Assembly: GCA_023334545.1 (NCBI GenBank)
Contig: JAADVB010000036.1
Location: 1-64,000, forward strand
Length of the DNA stretch: 64,000 nt
Direction of reading: 5' to 3'
From: Salisapilia sapeloensis CBS 127946
Lineage: Eukaryota; Protista; Oomycota
How positions within the stretch are numbered: the first letter of the stretch is position 1; each line of letters starts with the position of its first letter. The notes under the pieces were generated by a model. The model saw only the letters and a list, made by a program, of their open reading frames with translations. It was not told where the DNA came from and ran no database searches. Made by a program: the position numbers and the translations under genes. This document shows positions 25,135-36,955 of this stretch, one piece after another.

Positions 25135-26201
25135 TTAACCCCAGAAATAGCTGCTCCAGCCTTGCGACGGGAACTTGACGCCAAGCTCCGTGAGCTTCTG
25201 GAATGCCTTGGTGAAGTCGTCAAACCACAAGTCCTCGTCCTTGGCGTACATCTCGACGAACTTGCGGAACTTAGGGTCCGTCATCAAAACCATGTCGGCT
25301 GGGAGCATCATCAGCTGGCCAGACTTGTCAGCGTACTGCTGCGGGCCGTCCCACTTACGGTAAGTCCACTCGTTCTCCAAGAGTTCACGGTAGAACTCAT
25401 TCGAGAAAGTCCACTCGGAGTTCGTCCACGGACCGTCGTATCCACTACGGTCTGGGTAGCAACGGCCAATCGCGTGTGCGCCCAAGAGGGCAACGAGCTC
25501 ACGGTCGTTGAAGCCCATGCTATACATCGCATATGCGGTAAGTATCTAGTACAAAAAATGGTCATTTAGCATGCATACCGGTAGAACACGTCGCGGACGT
25601 GAGAAGTCGTCTTCTCTTCCGAACCCTTGTCAGCGTCGGGAAGACGGTCATCCGGCGTCGCGTTGTCTCCATTGTCCTCGTCCGGACGTCCGAGTCGGAA
25701 CGGGACCTTGGGACCGCCCATCTCTTCAATCATCGTGACGCCAGCAAGGACGTACAAGTCAGCGTACGAGATTTCAGGGTGGCGTTGCTTAACAGGTTCC
25801 AAGCGCTCCACAGCCTTGATCAAACCAGCGTTTCCGCCGTGGTTGATCTCCGGCGCAAATCGGATGGTTGCACCACTGGATCCGCCAGAGTTATCCGCCT
25901 TCTTGTACGAGCCAGACGAGTGCCAGGCAAGACGAACAAAGGTCGGACCAATGTAGTTGTCTTTCTCAAAGAGCTCAACGATCTCCTCGCGGATCTTGTC
26001 GAGGTCCGGCTCTTGTTCCTTCGCCTGCACGACGTTCGTCATGGCAACTCCGCCCGCGAACGCAGCGGCAAGTGCAACGACGGCCGGAGCCTTCTTGCTC
26101 GACGCCTGGTGGGACGACGTCGCCATGCCACGCGCAGCAGGCATCGCTGCGGACGCGACGCGCGCGTGCTGTGCCGCTCTTGTGGCAACTCGACGGAACA
26201 T
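25135..26201 (-). CDS. Mitochondrial cytochrome c peroxidase-like class I heme peroxidase (intron 25520-25578)
   Basis: Arg/Ala-rich presequence [26 protein letters not shown]; distal RLAWHSSG; proximal LLGAHAIG; SGYDGPWT; MLPADMVL. Confidence 0.9.
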
Positions 26202-27036
26202 TTTTATGTGTCTTAAAAGATCTGCTTGCGGCCTTGAAGGAAAAATCGAAAGTGAGCTCCCTCTTTCCGGCGATGCAGTCGGGTAAGTCAAGGTAGGCAG
26301 TGTCGTGCGATTGGTAGAAATTGCGGAATGATCATGAAAAGACATAGCGGTTGAGGATACGATGCTGCAGGACGCAGCCTAGTGCTTGTAGGAGGTATCT
26401 ATTGAAAATGCCGTTGGATATAGAGGGTATTTTTAGAAGAGTAAAAGAATGGATGAGAGGAGATAGTCGGATTAAGATAGAGGTGGAGTGGAAAGGTGAT
26501 AGCTATCCGATCTTTTCACTACTTCAGTCTTGAAGCATATGCAACTATCTCATTCTCCTATATGATCGACTACTTTACTAAATACAAGGTTTAGTTCTCG
26601 TATGCACTCATTATATACGCACAGCGAGCGGGTACGAGCGCACTTTGCACGCAACTTGCAGAAACACGCTCATTCTAGGTTACCGGTCTTTTACGACCTA
26701 CGAAACCTCCACATGAGTCAGTTACAATATCCTCAATTCCGTCTTCTCCACCTGCACCATCATCGAAAGCAAGAAGATAAAGAGAACGGGAAACTCGTCG
26801 CTTCCATTAGAAATCAATACTCGGTCTTCCCTGCTTGCACCATCGGAATCTGGTTCTACATCCCTTCATGATCTCCTCCAGATGGCACTGTGTCCGCACC
26901 ACGACACACCTTGCTTTCTGGCCTAAACGTCTGACTGCCGCAACTTAACTACAAATTGACACCTTCCTGCTCTATAGTAGACATCGATATTCTTCATCTA
27001 CTACTGCCAAGTGTACAGAGGTAGATCGAGGCGACT

Positions 27037-29887
27037 ATGAACGGAGCATTATCTACATGGGAGACCAGTGAAGATGGCCACAGTCAGTACTCGGAGGACT
27101 TGAGTCTACCTTCAGACGATCCAGACCAGGTCTCTCTCCCTTCCAACCCGAGTGAGCATTCAAGTGACGCAGACACTCACATTGAGTACGCAAATGATGA
27201 TGAAGAACAATATCAATGGAACGAATATGAAGAGGAAGAGATGGAAGAAGAAGAAAAGAATCTACGTCGTCCAGAAGCTTTTGCGACAGACCTCTTCTTC
27301 GGTCGAGACACGATGCAAGTGCCTATTCGTCGGGCTAGTCGTCGAGAATACATCACCTTGGTGCTGTCCCACAAGGAATTTGAATGCATGGCGGTGCATA
27401 TTCCTCATTATGACGAAATGAGGCCTACGGAACTCGTGCAGCAGATACGGTATCAGATGAAAGAGAGCGATCGGAAAGACCGAGCGAGGTGGGACGACTT
27501 GAACAACCAGCTCGGTCATAAGAAGAAAGATGAGACACATATCATCATGGACGCATACAAGGATCGTATAGAGGATCTAGAACGAGAAGTCTATAAACTT
27601 CAGGTGCGTCTACGAGCAACACAACGACGTCAAAGCGTCCTCGAAGATGAAAATAAAGAACTTCGGACGAAAGTAGAGGAAGCAGAGGTGCAATGGGAAG
27701 ATTATGACGCCTTGTACATTGAAAACGACATGCTACGCAAGTGTCTAGAAGAATCAGAGACGGAGAAACACACATTGATCGAACAGGTAGCACACATCCA
27801 GGATGAAGCGACGAGTATGTCACAAGAGATCCAATCTCTCCAGTCCACTGTCGTGGACGAGCATGAAGAAGTGATGCAGCTGTGTCGATCATCCATGCAG
27901 CAAATCCTATCGACATCACAGAGTCGGGAAAAAGCTTTAAAAGCGAATTACGAAGAGGAAAAGAAGAAGCGTCGGGAAATGACAGAAAAGTATTACGAAG
28001 TGTCCGGTCGAATCCGAGTCTTCTGTCGTCTCCGACCTCCAGTCGATCCAAATGACGTCGGACTCTTGCTACCGAAGCAGAACACGGTCGTGGTGGAAAA
28101 GAGCATGAAAGAGTTTTCGTTTGACCAGGTCTTTAACCCTCACAGCCTTCAAACAGACGTCTACAAGCAGGTAGAGCCTCTCGTCCTCTCCTTTGCAGAC
28201 GGATACAACGCCTGTATCCTTGCATACGGACAGACAGGGTATATTTCTCTATCCATAGATGCCAATCGAATGTCCTAACGTAGTACGATGTAGATCTGGG
28301 AAGACGTACACGATGATGGGAGAGCCGTCGAGTCAAGGTGTCATCCCACGTGCACTGCAGCATGTCTTTGCCATCGTAGAGGACAGAGAGATGACGTACA
28401 TGGATAACTTGGCCGTGAGTATGGTCGAAATTTACAATGAAAAGGTGTTGGATCTACTTACAGGTACCAAAGGAGCTGTCGTGCGGAACGAGACGGAGAT
28501 GACCCATCGGTCTGTCGCTGTCTGGTCCGACGTGAATGACATTCTAGAGGAAGGTAATGCGAATCGGAATATCGCTGCGACGGAAATGAACGTCGAGAGC
28601 AGTCGGTCGCATGCTCTTGTCTTCCTCCATCTCGAGAGTCAGCATCGGGAGACACAAGAAAAGCGAACGAGTACCTTGTGTCTCGTCGATCTCGCTGGCT
28701 CCGAACGTATTTCTCGAAGTCGAGTGCAAGGCGAGCGACTGAAAGAGACGCAGCACATTAACAAGTCGTTAGCAGCTCTTGGAGACGTCATTAATGCCCT
28801 TCAGAACAAATCGAAACACACGCCGTATCGAAACTCCAAGCTGACGTTCATGCTACGAGACATGCTGTCAGGGAAAGCCAAGGTGCTTCTCATGCTCCAG
28901 CTCAGTCCAGAAGCATCTGATGTGGAAGAGACCACATGCTCCCTCCAGTTCGGAGCAAGAGCTAGTCAAGTGCAGATGGGTGCCGTCCAGCAGAGCGCCG
29001 AGTCTGGCGAACTCTTCAAGCTCAAAGCGAATAACTCCGCACTAGCAAATCGCCTAAAGGAGTCACAGGAGCAACTTGATAGAGCAAAGGAAGAGTGTAA
29101 AGAAAAGGAAGAAGCGGCGAGCTTGGCGGAAGAACGCTGCGATCGCCTTCGCCTCCAGCTGCAGCAACAGCAGCAGTCGTCCGAGGTAGCATCCGTTGTA
29201 TCAGCTACTTCCATGCCAGAGCATGGTCTTCGCATCGATACAGACTTGTCTACTGATACGGTCTCTCCTCCTGTCTCTCCTGATCGACTATCGATCGCGT
29301 CTACACCGGCAGAAGCGTCTTTTGCTCCACAAACACCAGCAGGATCGAGGACACCGAATCGACCGAAAGGTCCGAAGCCTGGGGTTGCGAGGAGCAGGCT
29401 TGCTGCTAGATATGCTACACAAGAGGAGACGGACCCGGCACGCCGTCGCTCGCTCTCGAGCCTCGCTACACCTCGCTCGAGCTTTCCATCGGCGCCGAGA
29501 GAGACGCCGAAACGTTCATCTCGGGAAGCTTCGGTGGATAACTCGACACGCAGACCGCGACCAGCACCTACGCGAAGGACGAACCAGACACAGTCACCTT
29601 CAATGTCCCGCGTGAATACTACGACAGCTACTGGTCGTCCACCGGCGAATAAGGAGAAGACAGCGCCCACGCAGCGCACGCCACTTCGACGGAGTAGCTC
29701 GTCGGCGTCGTCTACGTCGGCGACATCGACTGCTTCGTCTACGACTGCAAACTACAAGCGTGTCACAGCCAAAGTAGACACAGGCAGGTCGAGGTTGACA
29801 CGACCAACGGCTGCGTCGTCAGCTTCGACAACAGCCGCGAGAAGTCGAGCGGCATCTACGTCTGCGAGTGGAAGTACGTGGAAGTAA
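27037..29887 (+). CDS. Kinesin-14-like motor with N-terminal coiled coil and Ser/Thr/Arg-rich tail (intron 28239-28293)
   Basis: GRIRVFCRLRP, AYGQTG|SGKTYTM (P-loop split by the intron), NVESSRSH, DLAGSER, PYRNSKLT. Confidence 0.9.
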
Positions 29888-29943
29888 GTAGAGTATGTAG
29901 CGAAGAAACAAAAAATGCAGTATCGAATATAGATGTGTTTTCT

Positions 29944-31102
29944 TTAAAATGTTCCTTCGACCTTGCGTACGTTGTCAAGGTGCCGCTGGAAAGTATTTTC
30001 ATAGCTCTCTAATGCTTGGTTTATACGGTCATGACAGCCAGGCAGCAATAGATTGACTGCTGGTGACCGAGAGCTAACGACAGGTCCTTGAGGACGTGAT
30101 ACTTGAAGCGTTCCATCAGCGGATGAGAAAGGTAGATGGGGTTTACGTGGGCTCGATGCGGCATGTCGTGGATTCGCTAGGAGAGAAAGACATTGTCAGA
30201 TTACTTAGGATAAACGTTCGTGAAAGATGTGGTAACCTGCTCGAAGGCCGATGCGTTTGTCCTTGATAGGTCGATGCTGCTGGACTCGCTCACGACGCGT
30301 CTGAGATACATCAATGTTTCGTGCCGCTCGAGCGCACTCGGAGTTCATGCCGCGAACAATTTCACCTAGGGGTGAGCCAGGAGAAAAGGAAGTGCGGGGA
30401 CCAACTGGTGGTAACTCAAATGCATCTTCTTGCTCTTGAGGATGGAGCGAGGTGGAAACTGGACCCATGGACTTGATGATTCTCGGCACGGTTTCAGAGT
30501 CCTCCTTTACCCCTACTTGTGCAGCGTGCACCCGCACAAAGGCTTCACCTCGGAACAAGTAGCTAATTGCTGCTTCGATGTCACTCCATTGTTCCGTCAC
30601 GACGCCGATCTTTGCTACAGCGATGACCAGATAGTAGAGACATTCGAAGAAACGCGGGTCTTCAGCCTCCGTGCTGCAGGTAAGAATCAAGCGAGAGTAG
30701 GCAGTAGCTACTGCTCGACTGCATAGCTGTTGATTGTCGGAAGCATCCTTTATCGCAGACGGCAGCTTGATGTCATCATCGACCATGGACGGACGTCGAC
30801 GGTATTTGCGACTGATAGGACTCGGTCCAGCACTCTGAAGTTCATGCAGCTCCTTCAGTTTACATGTAGCAATCGCATAAGCCGCTACGGACCGCACGAA
30901 CGCATAAAGCATATCGGAATCGCGGACTTCTTGAAACCTCGGTGGAATGTAAAAGCTGCCTTCATTCTCCTTTCGATCCATCTCGTTCAAGACATCACCT
31001 ATGTACAACTTGTCATGCAAAGTCTAAAGCAAACACTCAATCCTACATACTCATGCGTCTACGGATATCCACGACCTTAGGTCCATTGCAATTCATTGCC
31101 AT
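29944..31102 (-). CDS. FAM227-like hypothetical protein (3 exons)
   Basis: FFECLYYLVIAV...IEAAISYLFRGEAF and last-exon SRSPAVNLLL resemble FAM227 motifs from memory. Spliced reading frame is open. Confidence 0.45.
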
Positions 31103-31220
31103 CGTCAACGTCGTATAAAATCAATGACAGCAATACCAAACGTCTAAAGTAGAATAAGATAAGCAGGAAGGTGAAAAACAGTAAACGTTCCATGCGGTTT
31201 CAATTTCCAAACACATTCTC

Positions 31221-34200
31221 CTAAATGCGCCACTCATTGCCCTCTCGGATCTCGTCCTCAATCGTCACAAACGGTTGATGCACCGATTTGATCATCACGT
31301 CGCCGCAAAAAAGACATTCGGACGCAATGATCTCATCCAATTTGTGTTGCACCATCTCACGCTCTTGCGCCACAGCTTGCTGCTTCGCCTCCGATTTACT
31401 CTTCTTATCCGATCCGAGCGTCAGGAACGGGAATGACGCCAAGGCGTTGTTAAAGAACTTGGACTGCGCAGGTAGCTCCGTCGACAATTCCTGTAACTTC
31501 TGGACAAGCTGCTTCACTGTCTGTCGCTGGAAGCTATTCAAATGCTTTTGCATCTCTTGACGCAAAGCCGTTGCATGGAAAGCGTGTGAGCAAGGAAAGA
31601 CGTAAAACTCCTTATTCAATAAGTTCTGTCCGGTCAACTCACATCGTTGACTACCGGAGACGACAGCACATCGCTTCCGTAGATTCTGCAGATCCGATCG
31701 AATCAACTCCGCAGACTCGGTATAATCTTTCATATCCGCCTTGAGTTCTTCAATACGATCGCTGTACTCTTCAAGACTTTCACAAATCTCTTTTTTAAAG
31801 TCATTGATCAGTACAAAGTCTGGGAAATATGGCAAGATATCTTCAATCGTCAATAAACCGCCACTTTCATCGAGAATCCCCATCGCTTCCTTGATCTCAC
31901 TACTCGCATCAATCGTATGCTTCGCAATGAGTGTCCACAATTTCTTCCTCGTCTCATCCTCTTCCGGTTGATTGGCAATCTCCTTTGCCATCTTCACATC
32001 CACTTGTAATGCCGTATCAACTGCATCTTCATACAATCCCATGGCAGAGTAGACATGGATACAAGCTCGATTCTTTTCGTTCTGAGTACATAGACGTAGA
32101 GCAAATGCGACGTCAAAGACTAACTTATCCTTTTGCTTATGCTGCATGAATTGAATCAACAGACGTTCATCTGGATGCTTGGCAAGTAAGAACACGAGGT
32201 AGTTATGTATCGCAGGATCACGATTCCCTTGCTTCACGCAGAACTTAAGGAACTTAATCGCGAGTTCCAGCACCGATCGATGCTTCTGAGGTTGTTGCAA
32301 CGCATCCTTCTGATGCACATGACGCACAATAGCGGGGATCAAACGCGTTGGATTGAGTGTCTGTGCTTGACGCCATGCATCATACAGCTCCTTTGGCTTG
32401 TGGACAATCAACTCGGGCGAGTACTTGTAGTAGAGCTCTTCCACCTTGGACGTCGGAATCCCTCGCAAGAGTTCGATCGCAGCAGCGTACTCTCCTCGAT
32501 CAACATGATACGACACAACTTTCTCATAATCTTCGATCAACGTCGCGTAGAAGACGAGTTCATCCGTCCGGCCGTGGCTCGCAATCAAATTGAACGTCGT
32601 CGCTGGATCTAAATGACTCTTCTGGTCTTGCAAAAACTGTTTGAACTCGAACAAGAGATTCGCATGCGCATCGACATCCTGTGCGCCACCTTTCAACGTA
32701 CTAAACTTATCCAAGAAAAGCTCTACGATCCATGAACATAAGACAGTCTTCTGTGTCTTTTCATCCGACGCTAATTGCGCGAGTTTCTGACGTAAGAACA
32801 ACAAGAGCGAGTCTCGTTTCTCATGATCGAGAAACTTGAGCGCTACTTCTTCAAACGATCTCGCGGTCTTCGCATACAAAGTCGCTGCACGATCGTACTT
32901 GCCCTTCTCAAAGAACTTATCGGCTTGAGCTGTAAGCACTTGCTGTCTCTCAGATCCATTGCGACAGACGCTTAGAGCATGCTCAAAGTCACGGTCTTCA
33001 CCTGTACCTTGCATGGCCTTTTGTAGATACAATTTCCAAACGTTCCGATCTTCATCCGTCACCACGAGCTCGAGAATCCGTCGTTCCGAGTAGATCCAAA
33101 TAGCGTTCGTCGTCGGATCACAAGCGACACCTCGTACCGTCCCAACGCGCGAATCAAAGTCTTCGTCGAAGACCACGGCGTTATTCAGTTTCGACAGCAC
33201 CTGCACACGACGTGGGTAGACCGTCGCAGCGTGATACTGCGCCATACCTAACGCTGTTGGAGGTGAAAACGACCGACTGCTCTCTGCTTTCCCTGGATAC
33301 GACAGCAAGTCACATCCGGTCGTAATCGCATCGACATTCGTCGATTCTCCAAAAGCAAATTCGCCATGATACACGCCTTCACCTGTTAAAATGCCAAAGC
33401 AATTCGCACGCTCGCGTTCGTGCTTAGCATAGAATTGGAGCTGTGCAGCAGGAATGTCTCCTGGTAATTCATGAAAACGTAGTTTATCAGCAGAAGAGTA
33501 TTGTTCAAAGAGATGGGCAAAGCCTCGTCCGCCGATAAACTTAAACATCCGTGTCGGTCGTTTGCCTTTTCCAGAAGTTGTGAGCATGACATAGTAACGA
33601 AAATCTCCCGACTGGGTCTTCCAATGCTCGAATTCTAACCCAGCAATCGCGCCTTGGTTGGAGATCTGATAGACTTTCTTAAAAGAACGCTCTTTCCCAT
33701 CGAACTCAGCTTCGTAGACAGCTCCTTCACTTGATCCGATGAGAATCGGATCCGTACCGGATGGAGAACCTTGTTGTCGATCCCATCCGACACAAGAGAT
33801 CTTGACGTTCTGAGCCTTTACGATCTTCTTCGGACGAGTGCTGCTTGCATGGAGGTAAAAGTTACTCCCGTTATCCATCGAGATGATCAAGTGGGAACCA
33901 CTTGGATCCATGAAGACACCCGCCATCGCGACTCGAGGCTCGATCATGATCTCTTCCACCGATCCGCCGCTATCTGTCGCGTCCGTCGGACAGCGCAAGA
34001 GCATGCCTTCTAACGACCCGAGCGCCATAACGCCATTCCCAACGCTCATGCAACTTAGTGTAAACCCCTTGCGTCGACTTACTTTCAACTCGTGTTCACG
34101 AAGTTCAAACATCGGCCGGCTTTCATCCTCCGTTTCTCCCGAAGGCCCAGTGCCGCGCCGCGTACCTCCGTCATCCGTGATCGACTCGAGCTCAAAGTCG

Positions 34201-34337
34201 TTCGTTCGACTGCTCGTAGGAACTCCCCCACTATAGGGGGTTTCATAGAAATCATCCATCTGGAGCTGGCCATCGGACGAGCCGCGAGTACCGCCCTCCT
34301 CCTCTCGCTGCCAATCCGCGAAGAGATCCGCTGACAT
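31221..34337 (-). CDS. VPS18: Vacuolar protein sorting 18 (Pep3), HOPS/CORVET core subunit, single exon
   Basis: N-terminal propeller (VFMDPSGSHLIIS), DEDRNVWKLYL, clathrin-like repeat, TIEDILPYFPDFVLINDFKKEIC, C-terminal RING-like FYVFPCSHAFH...SECLFCG. Confidence 0.92.
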   Translation of the reverse strand: MSADLFADWQREEEGGTRGSSDGQLQMDDFYETPYSGGVPTSSRTNDFELESITDDGGTRRGTGPSGETEDESRPMFELREHELKVSRRKGFTLSCMSVGNGVMALGSLEGMLLRCPTDATDSGGSVEEIMIEPRVAMAGVFMDPSGSHLIISMDNGSNFYLHASSTRPKKIVKAQNVKISCVGWDRQQGSPSGTDPILIGSSEGAVYEAEFDGKERSFKKVYQISNQGAIAGLEFEHWKTQSGDFRYYVMLTTSGKGKRPTRMFKFIGGRGFAHLFEQYSSADKLRFHELPGDIPAAQLQFYAKHERERANCFGILTGEGVYHGEFAFGESTNVDAITTGCDLLSYPGKAESSRSFSPPTALGMAQYHAATVYPRRVQVLSKLNNAVVFDEDFDSRVGTVRGVACDPTTNAIWIYSERRILELVVTDEDRNVWKLYLQKAMQGTGEDRDFEHALSVCRNGSERQQVLTAQADKFFEKGKYDRAATLYAKTARSFEEVALKFLDHEKRDSLLLFLRQKLAQLASDEKTQKTVLCSWIVELFLDKFSTLKGGAQDVDAHANLLFEFKQFLQDQKSHLDPATTFNLIASHGRTDELVFYATLIEDYEKVVSYHVDRGEYAAAIELLRGIPTSKVEELYYKYSPELIVHKPKELYDAWRQAQTLNPTRLIPAIVRHVHQKDALQQPQKHRSVLELAIKFLKFCVKQGNRDPAIHNYLVFLLAKHPDERLLIQFMQHKQKDKLVFDVAFALRLCTQNEKNRACIHVYSAMGLYEDAVDTALQVDVKMAKEIANQPEEDETRKKLWTLIAKHTIDASSEIKEAMGILDESGGLLTIEDILPYFPDFVLINDFKKEICESLEEYSDRIEELKADMKDYTESAELIRSDLQNLRKRCAVVSGSQRCELTGQNLLNKEFYVFPCSHAFHATALRQEMQKHLNSFQRQTVKQLVQKLQELSTELPAQSKFFNNALASFPFLTLGSDKKSKSEAKQQAVAQEREMVQHKLDEIIASECLFCGDVMIKSVHQPFVTIEDEIREGNEWRI

Positions 34338-34431
34338 TTCTCGGCTTTGTATATGCTTTTTGTATGGGGTTTGATAGGGAGAAGGTACCGTCTCAGTATT
34401 CGAACACGAATAAGACACCATTTGGCACAAG

Positions 34432-34747
34432 ATGGAGAAGGAGTATGTCCAGGGCATGCAGACGATGTTAACAAAGCTTAAGGATACCGGATGCGAATTG
34501 CCACCAGAGTTCTATCGTGTACAGGAGCTTATGGAATGCATTGATGACAATGCGAATAAAATTGCTGATGCTCTGCGACGGAATCAGGAAAACCTACCGG
34601 CCATGGCTGGACTCTATCGTGAACAGCAACAGTATCTGACGGAGGTATGATTTAGTTCTAGGTGTGGACTATTGGAACAAGAGCGTAATGTTTGAGAGCT
34701 AGGTTGCGACGTTATACGCTAAACTTGGCAAGCAAAAGTTTGTCTGA
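34432..34747 (+). CDS. Small helical hypothetical protein, 85 aa (2 exons)
   Basis: MEKEYVQGMQTMLTKLKDTGCELPPEFYRVQELMECIDDNANKIADALRRNQENLPAMAGLYREQQQYLTE|VATLYAKLGKQKFV* with a clean GT-AG intron. Confidence 0.55.
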
Positions 34748-35164
34748 ACTTGCGTGTATTACGAGAGGAACAACAGATTAGTGCAGCATAAAGTCATAAT
34801 ATACAAGACAGACATGCACGAACTCAAAATTTGTTTTCTATCTTATAAAGGCTATAGAAACAAAGATTAAACCGGATAGCACTGCACGACCTAGGGATCA
34901 CATCAAACATATCTACTACTCCGTGATAAAATCTATTCTAGACTATTTACCATACATTTAAAAGTACTCATCTCTGCCCCGATGACATCTATTGTCTTGT
35001 AAAGATGCTCATACACGTCTATTCCTTCCAACATCAGAGCGCATACATCGGCAAAGATGTACTATCTTCTCCAGAATGCCACTATTTTACCATCAACACA
35101 GACTGCCATTCTCAACGTGTTCAAACGTGCTGCGATCGGAAGAGCGTAGTAGACCTCTAGCATT

Positions 35165-35348
35165 ATGGACAAGTACGCAATCGGGCATTTCTTCATTGAA
35201 TTTAGTGATATGGTCCTAACCTGTATGTCTCTGCAGCGAAGCCCTTGACGGAATGCTCATGACCTTTGTCAACTGGCTCGGCGCCACGATCATGATTTCG
35301 CTCGTTGGATTCCACTACCTCACCGCCTCCCCCAAGGACGCCGAGTAG
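35165..35348 (+). CDS. OST4: Oligosaccharyltransferase subunit OST4, 39 aa (exons 35165-35172, 35237-35348)
   Basis: MDNEALDGMLMTFVNWLGATIMISLVGFHYLTASPKDAE* is a single TM helix with the N-x-LG...HY pattern of OST4. Not in the ORF track as a coding frame. Confidence 0.85.
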
Positions 35349-35636
35349 TCTTAAAATTGCATCAGATGAATCCAATCGTACCAACTACTTCAGTACAGCC
35401 AACGGAGTGGATACGTACACCACACGAATCAAATCGATATCTGTAGTACATCCTGCTTTCAGTCGTCATCTATGAATTTCTGTCTTCCTACCTTTATCCA
35501 GCTATCTCGTTCCTGCCTATAGCTCTCGTTAACTATTACACTCCAGTCATAACCCTCTGTCTTATACCTGTGTATAATTAACGTAACAGAAGAAGGGAAG
35601 GGCGAAGGCGACAAGTGTATTGAAAGCAAAAACCTT

Positions 35637-36955
35637 CTAAATGTCATCAGGGTCGGTCTGGTGTCCTCGCAAGATCCGAGCTATAGTATATACACGTTAC
35701 ACCCTCCATACAGCCATCTTTGTAGACTAATAGTACCTGCTAGCACGGCAGCGCCGAAGCCATTGTCAATATTGACGACACCAACACCAGGAGAGCAAGC
35801 ATTTAACATCGTAAGCAATGGTGCCAGTCCATTAAATGCTGCGCCATATCTACCGTCATCATCCACAAGGATGCATTAGCAATGTGTACGAGTTATAACG
35901 ATTTAATTATATACATACCCGATGCTTGTCGGTACAGCAACCACCGGTGCATCCGTTAAACCGCCCTAATATCCACCTTCACATCAGAAACTTTACAGAG
36001 GATGCTTGAGTATCCCAGTGGTACGCACCACAACGCCCGGGAGTGCTCCATCCATCCCGGCAACACAGATCACGGCGGATCCCTGTCTCAAGATGTGCTG
36101 GTTCTGAAGCAAGCGGTGGATGCCTGCGACGCCCACATCATACAGTCTTGTAACCTGGAAACCAGCAAGTTCTAGATTCATACATTTCAATTGAGACTAC
36201 TCTACTGTGCATCCTCAAGTGCGAGGGATGGAAGTGTACCTAGCGTAATCGCAGCTTCCTCGCTTACAGGCAAATCCGATGTACCAGCGCACAATACGCA
36301 GACACGAGACTAGATGACGAAAGTATGGACAATTGGATACTCTAGATAAATATTAGCTATAGCTGTGTACATTAGATTCGAAAGCGTCTTTCTCTGAAGT
36401 CTGTACGTCCTTATTGGCAAGGATACGAGCATCTTCGTAGTATGTGAAGGAGTCGATCTACTCAGCAATTAGTTCATGTATACACATTGCCATTGAATTT
36501 GTGGAAGATATACAGATGGAAGGAGTTGCTCAACTTTATCTTTTGCTTCTTGGGAAAGTCTGGTTGCCATAATTGTCTTCTCTCCGTACGAAGTCATCGT
36601 CTCGATGATACGAGCGATCTGCCGAGGTGTCTTACCTTCGGCAAACACCACTTCTGGGAAACCAGTGCGAGAGCTTCGAGACTTGTCAATCTTTGCAAAC
36701 CCCTCTGTATCTTCATAGCTGTCCAACGATAATTTGGAAGCAGCTTCTTGTGGTGTCAGCTATCGTCGTGCACATCATCAGTGGCATTTCCATCATTTCG
36801 ACACTCTAAAATCGTACCGTTCCTTTTGCAACATCTTCCAGCAGCCGAGTAACATTTGCATCAGTTCTAAACGCTCTGAAACTTCGTCCCCACAGCCGAC
36901 AAAGACTCCCTCTCGATCGTGTAGCTAGCATGCTTGTCATCCGGTGGTATTCCAT
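35637..36955 (-). CDS. larB: LarB-family (nickel-pincer cofactor biosynthesis, PurE/AIR-carboxylase-like) protein, 295 aa, 8 exons
   Basis: Exons 36955-36818, 36759-36514, 36457-36371, 36309-36240, 36171-36029, 35965-35919, 35849-35737 and 35680-35637 (888 nt; all introns GT-AG, 56-69 nt). Motifs [95 protein letters not shown]. Confidence 0.93.

Noticed and set aside
35005-35160. 51-codon ORF ending 4 nt before the OST4 ATG (possible uORF)
   Set aside because: No recognisable motif, an ORF of this length is expected by chance, and the OST4 transcript start is unknown.
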